Shown piece by piece: positions 62,222 through 64,000 of a stretch of DNA of 64,000 bases. The notes under the pieces were generated by a model. That model saw nothing but the letters and a program-made list of their open reading frames with translations. It searched no databases and had not been told where the DNA came from. The stretch comes from an uncultured Chloroflexia bacterium (lineage in GTDB: Bacteria > Chloroflexota > Anaerolineae > Anaerolineales > UBA11858): positions 26,921-90,920 of the forward strand of contig CAWHCC010000008.1 of the NCBI GenBank assembly GCA_963827805.1. The letters are read 5' to 3'. The number at the start of each line of letters is the position of its first letter. Position 1 is the stretch's first letter. The translations under genes and the position numbers were made by a program.

Positions 62222-62974
62222 ATGCGCTTTGATGTTTTTACCCTCTTCCCCGAAGTAATCAATCCTTATTTACAAGCCAGCATTCTGCAGCGAGCACAAG
62301 AAAATACGTTGGCTGAATATCATATCCACAATATCCGCGATTGGACAACTGATAAACACCATACGGCTGATGATGAACCGTATGGCGGCGGCGGGGGAAT
62401 GGTGATGAAAGCTGAACCAATTTTCAACGCGGTAGAGGATATTATTGGCACGTCTTCTGACTGCCCTATCATTTTGATGACACCCCAGGGGCGAGTCTTC
62501 ACTCAGAGCATTGCCCGTAAACTTTCCCGGCAGCCGAGGCTAGCCTTTATAGCAGGTCGCTACGAAGGATTGGACGAACGCGTCCGCCAGCATCTCGTGA
62601 CAGACGAATTTTCGATCGGAGATTACGTGCTCACCGGTGGGGAATTGCCAGCTTTGGTGATGATCGACGCTATTACGCGGCTACTCCCTGGAGTTCTCGG
62701 TGATGCAGAAGCTCCTAATAAAGACTCTCACTCCTCAAGCCTGCTAGAACATCCTCATTACACCCGGCCCGCCGATTTCCGCGGCTGGGAAGTCCCTGAA
62801 ATCTTACGGTCCGGCAATCATGCGCTCATTAATCAGTGGCGTTACCAAGAATCGCTGCGCCGTACTTGGGAGCGACGTCCAGAATTACTCCAAAACGCCA
62901 ATCTCTCAGAAAAAGACTGGAAATTTATTCACTCCCTGCAAGCAGAAAAAGAAACCGGAGAGCGTGGAGCGTAA
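62222..62974 (+). CDS. trmD: tRNA (guanine37-N1)-methyltransferase
   Basis: A canonical TrmD (FDVFTLFPE…, GGGGGMVM). Confidence 0.9.
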   Translation: MRFDVFTLFPEVINPYLQASILQRAQENTLAEYHIHNIRDWTTDKHHTADDEPYGGGGGMVMKAEPIFNAVEDIIGTSSDCPIILMTPQGRVFTQSIARKLSRQPRLAFIAGRYEGLDERVRQHLVTDEFSIGDYVLTGGELPALVMIDAITRLLPGVLGDAEAPNKDSHSSSLLEHPHYTRPADFRGWEVPEILRSGNHALINQWRYQESLRRTWERRPELLQNANLSEKDWKFIHSLQAEKETGERGA

Positions 62975-63045
62975 CGCGTTGGGCGTGATCTCCAAACCTG
63001 ACTTTTTGCTCTTCACTCTCAAACCACCACTACCTGGAGACCACC

Positions 63046-64000
63046 ATGAAAACAAAGTTCAATTACGGCAAAATTTTTTTACTCGGTTTCGGATTTTTTG
63101 GCGTCAGCGTGATTTGGGGTACCTATAACGCTTTTGTCCCCATTTTCCTGGCCGATAAATTTGGCCTATCCGCTTTCATGATCGGCTTTTTCATGACTCT
63201 CGACAATATCGCTGCCCTGCTGATCCAACCGCCGGTGGGCGCCTGGTCTGACAAGTTGCGCACACCAATTGGCCGCCGTATGCCCTTCATCTTAATTGGG
63301 GCGCCGTTGGGGGCATTGGCCTTTGGTTTGATCCCCATTGCCGCGATTTTACCTCTGTTTGTAGCTTGCACCAGCACCCTGCTGCTCAGCATGGCGCTTT
63401 GGCGCACACCGGTTGTGGCCCTGATGCCCGATATCACCCCCTCCCAGTACCGCTCCCAGGCGAATGGGATTATCAATTTTATGGGCGGGATCGGCGCCAT
63501 CTTTGCATTTTTAGGGGGATCAGCACTCTATAAAATGAATCCGGCCTTCCCATTTTGGTTGGGTTCTGCCCTTGTGATTTTGTCGGCTCTTTTGGTCTTC
63601 ATCTTCATCCGTGAACCCAAAGAGTACGATGAATCCCCTGAGGAAACCCCTGGAATGATTGCCAGTCTCAAAGAAGTTATGCAGGATAAAGACAAAAGTG
63701 CCCTGCGCCTGCTGCTGGCGATCTTCTTCTGGTTTGTCGGTTACAACGCCATTGAAGCCTTTTTCACGCTTTACTCTGTCAACCAATTGGGACTGAACGA
63801 AGCCGACGGCGCCGGTTTACTGGGGCATCTCTCGCTCTTCTTCGTTTTATTTGCATTGGTAGCTGGCGTCGTGGGTGCTCGCATCGGACGCCGGGTGTCG
63901 ATCTCGCTCGGGTTGATCCTGTTAGCCACGCTCGTCACCGGGATATATTTGATGGCTCCCGAAACGCTGATCACACCATTGGCGAAACTCCCTGTTCTGG
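63046..64000 (+). CDS. MFS transporter (GPH/sugar-cation symporter-like); 3' end lies beyond the window
   Basis: The ATG at 63046 opens a hydrophobic multi-TM frame that runs to the window end. It is missing from the ORF track because no stop codon falls inside the window. Confidence 0.7.
   Translation, partial: MKTKFNYGKIFLLGFGFFGVSVIWGTYNAFVPIFLADKFGLSAFMIGFFMTLDNIAALLIQPPVGAWSDKLRTPIGRRMPFILIGAPLGALAFGLIPIAAILPLFVACTSTLLLSMALWRTPVVALMPDITPSQYRSQANGIINFMGGIGAIFAFLGGSALYKMNPAFPFWLGSALVILSALLVFIFIREPKEYDESPEETPGMIASLKEVMQDKDKSALRLLLAIFFWFVGYNAIEAFFTLYSVNQLGLNEADGAGLLGHLSLFFVLFALVAGVVGARIGRRVSISLGLILLATLVTGIYLMAPETLITPLAKLPVL

Noticed and set aside
1-64000. CRISPR arrays, rRNA or tRNA genes
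   Set aside because: No regularly spaced direct repeats were found. No intergenic region has tRNA-like conserved T-loop/acceptor features or rRNA-scale non-coding stretches. All gaps over 150 bp were inspected by eye.

Overview
This is a 64 kb bacterial chromosomal segment of about 52-55% GC that is gene-dense on both strands. The gene content points to a monoderm lineage, plausibly Chloroflexota; that is inference only.

Most of the window is housekeeping. It carries the tail of mutS2, glpX, rsmG, recF, def, slyD, murI, rplS, trmD and a groES-groEL pair with a perfect CIRCE operator. The accessory content includes a SulP-STAS-rhodanese fusion transporter, a VIT1 transporter, a ROK-type glucokinase, a flotillin with a giant coiled coil and a 1.6 kaa multidomain S8 subtilase. 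It also includes an aldehyde:ferredoxin oxidoreductase, GH31, an AcnX type II dehydratase next to an HpcH aldolase, tandem TPR paralogs and a partial MFS transporter.

Three things stand out:
- **Undescribed operon (14.26-23.66 kb, minus strand):** a roughly 9.4 kb, nine-gene unit. A zinc-ribbon protein is followed by two very acidic proteins that together carry about 20 copies of a short D-[LI]-P-x-W-L motif. It also encodes unknown membrane proteins, a 583-aa actin/Hsp70-fold ATPase-like protein and an LPDTG sortase-substrate protein with an odd topology.
- **Recent insertion sequence:** an intact ISAs1-family IS with perfect 16-bp inverted repeats and a 10-bp target duplication sits between the flotillin gene and a secreted-protein/subtilase locus.
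- **Recurrent frameshifts:** at least ten genes are broken by single-base frameshifts, essential groEL among them, and most lie in short homopolymer runs. The recurrence argues for uncorrected sequencing indels rather than pseudogenes.

No rRNA, tRNA or CRISPR features were found.
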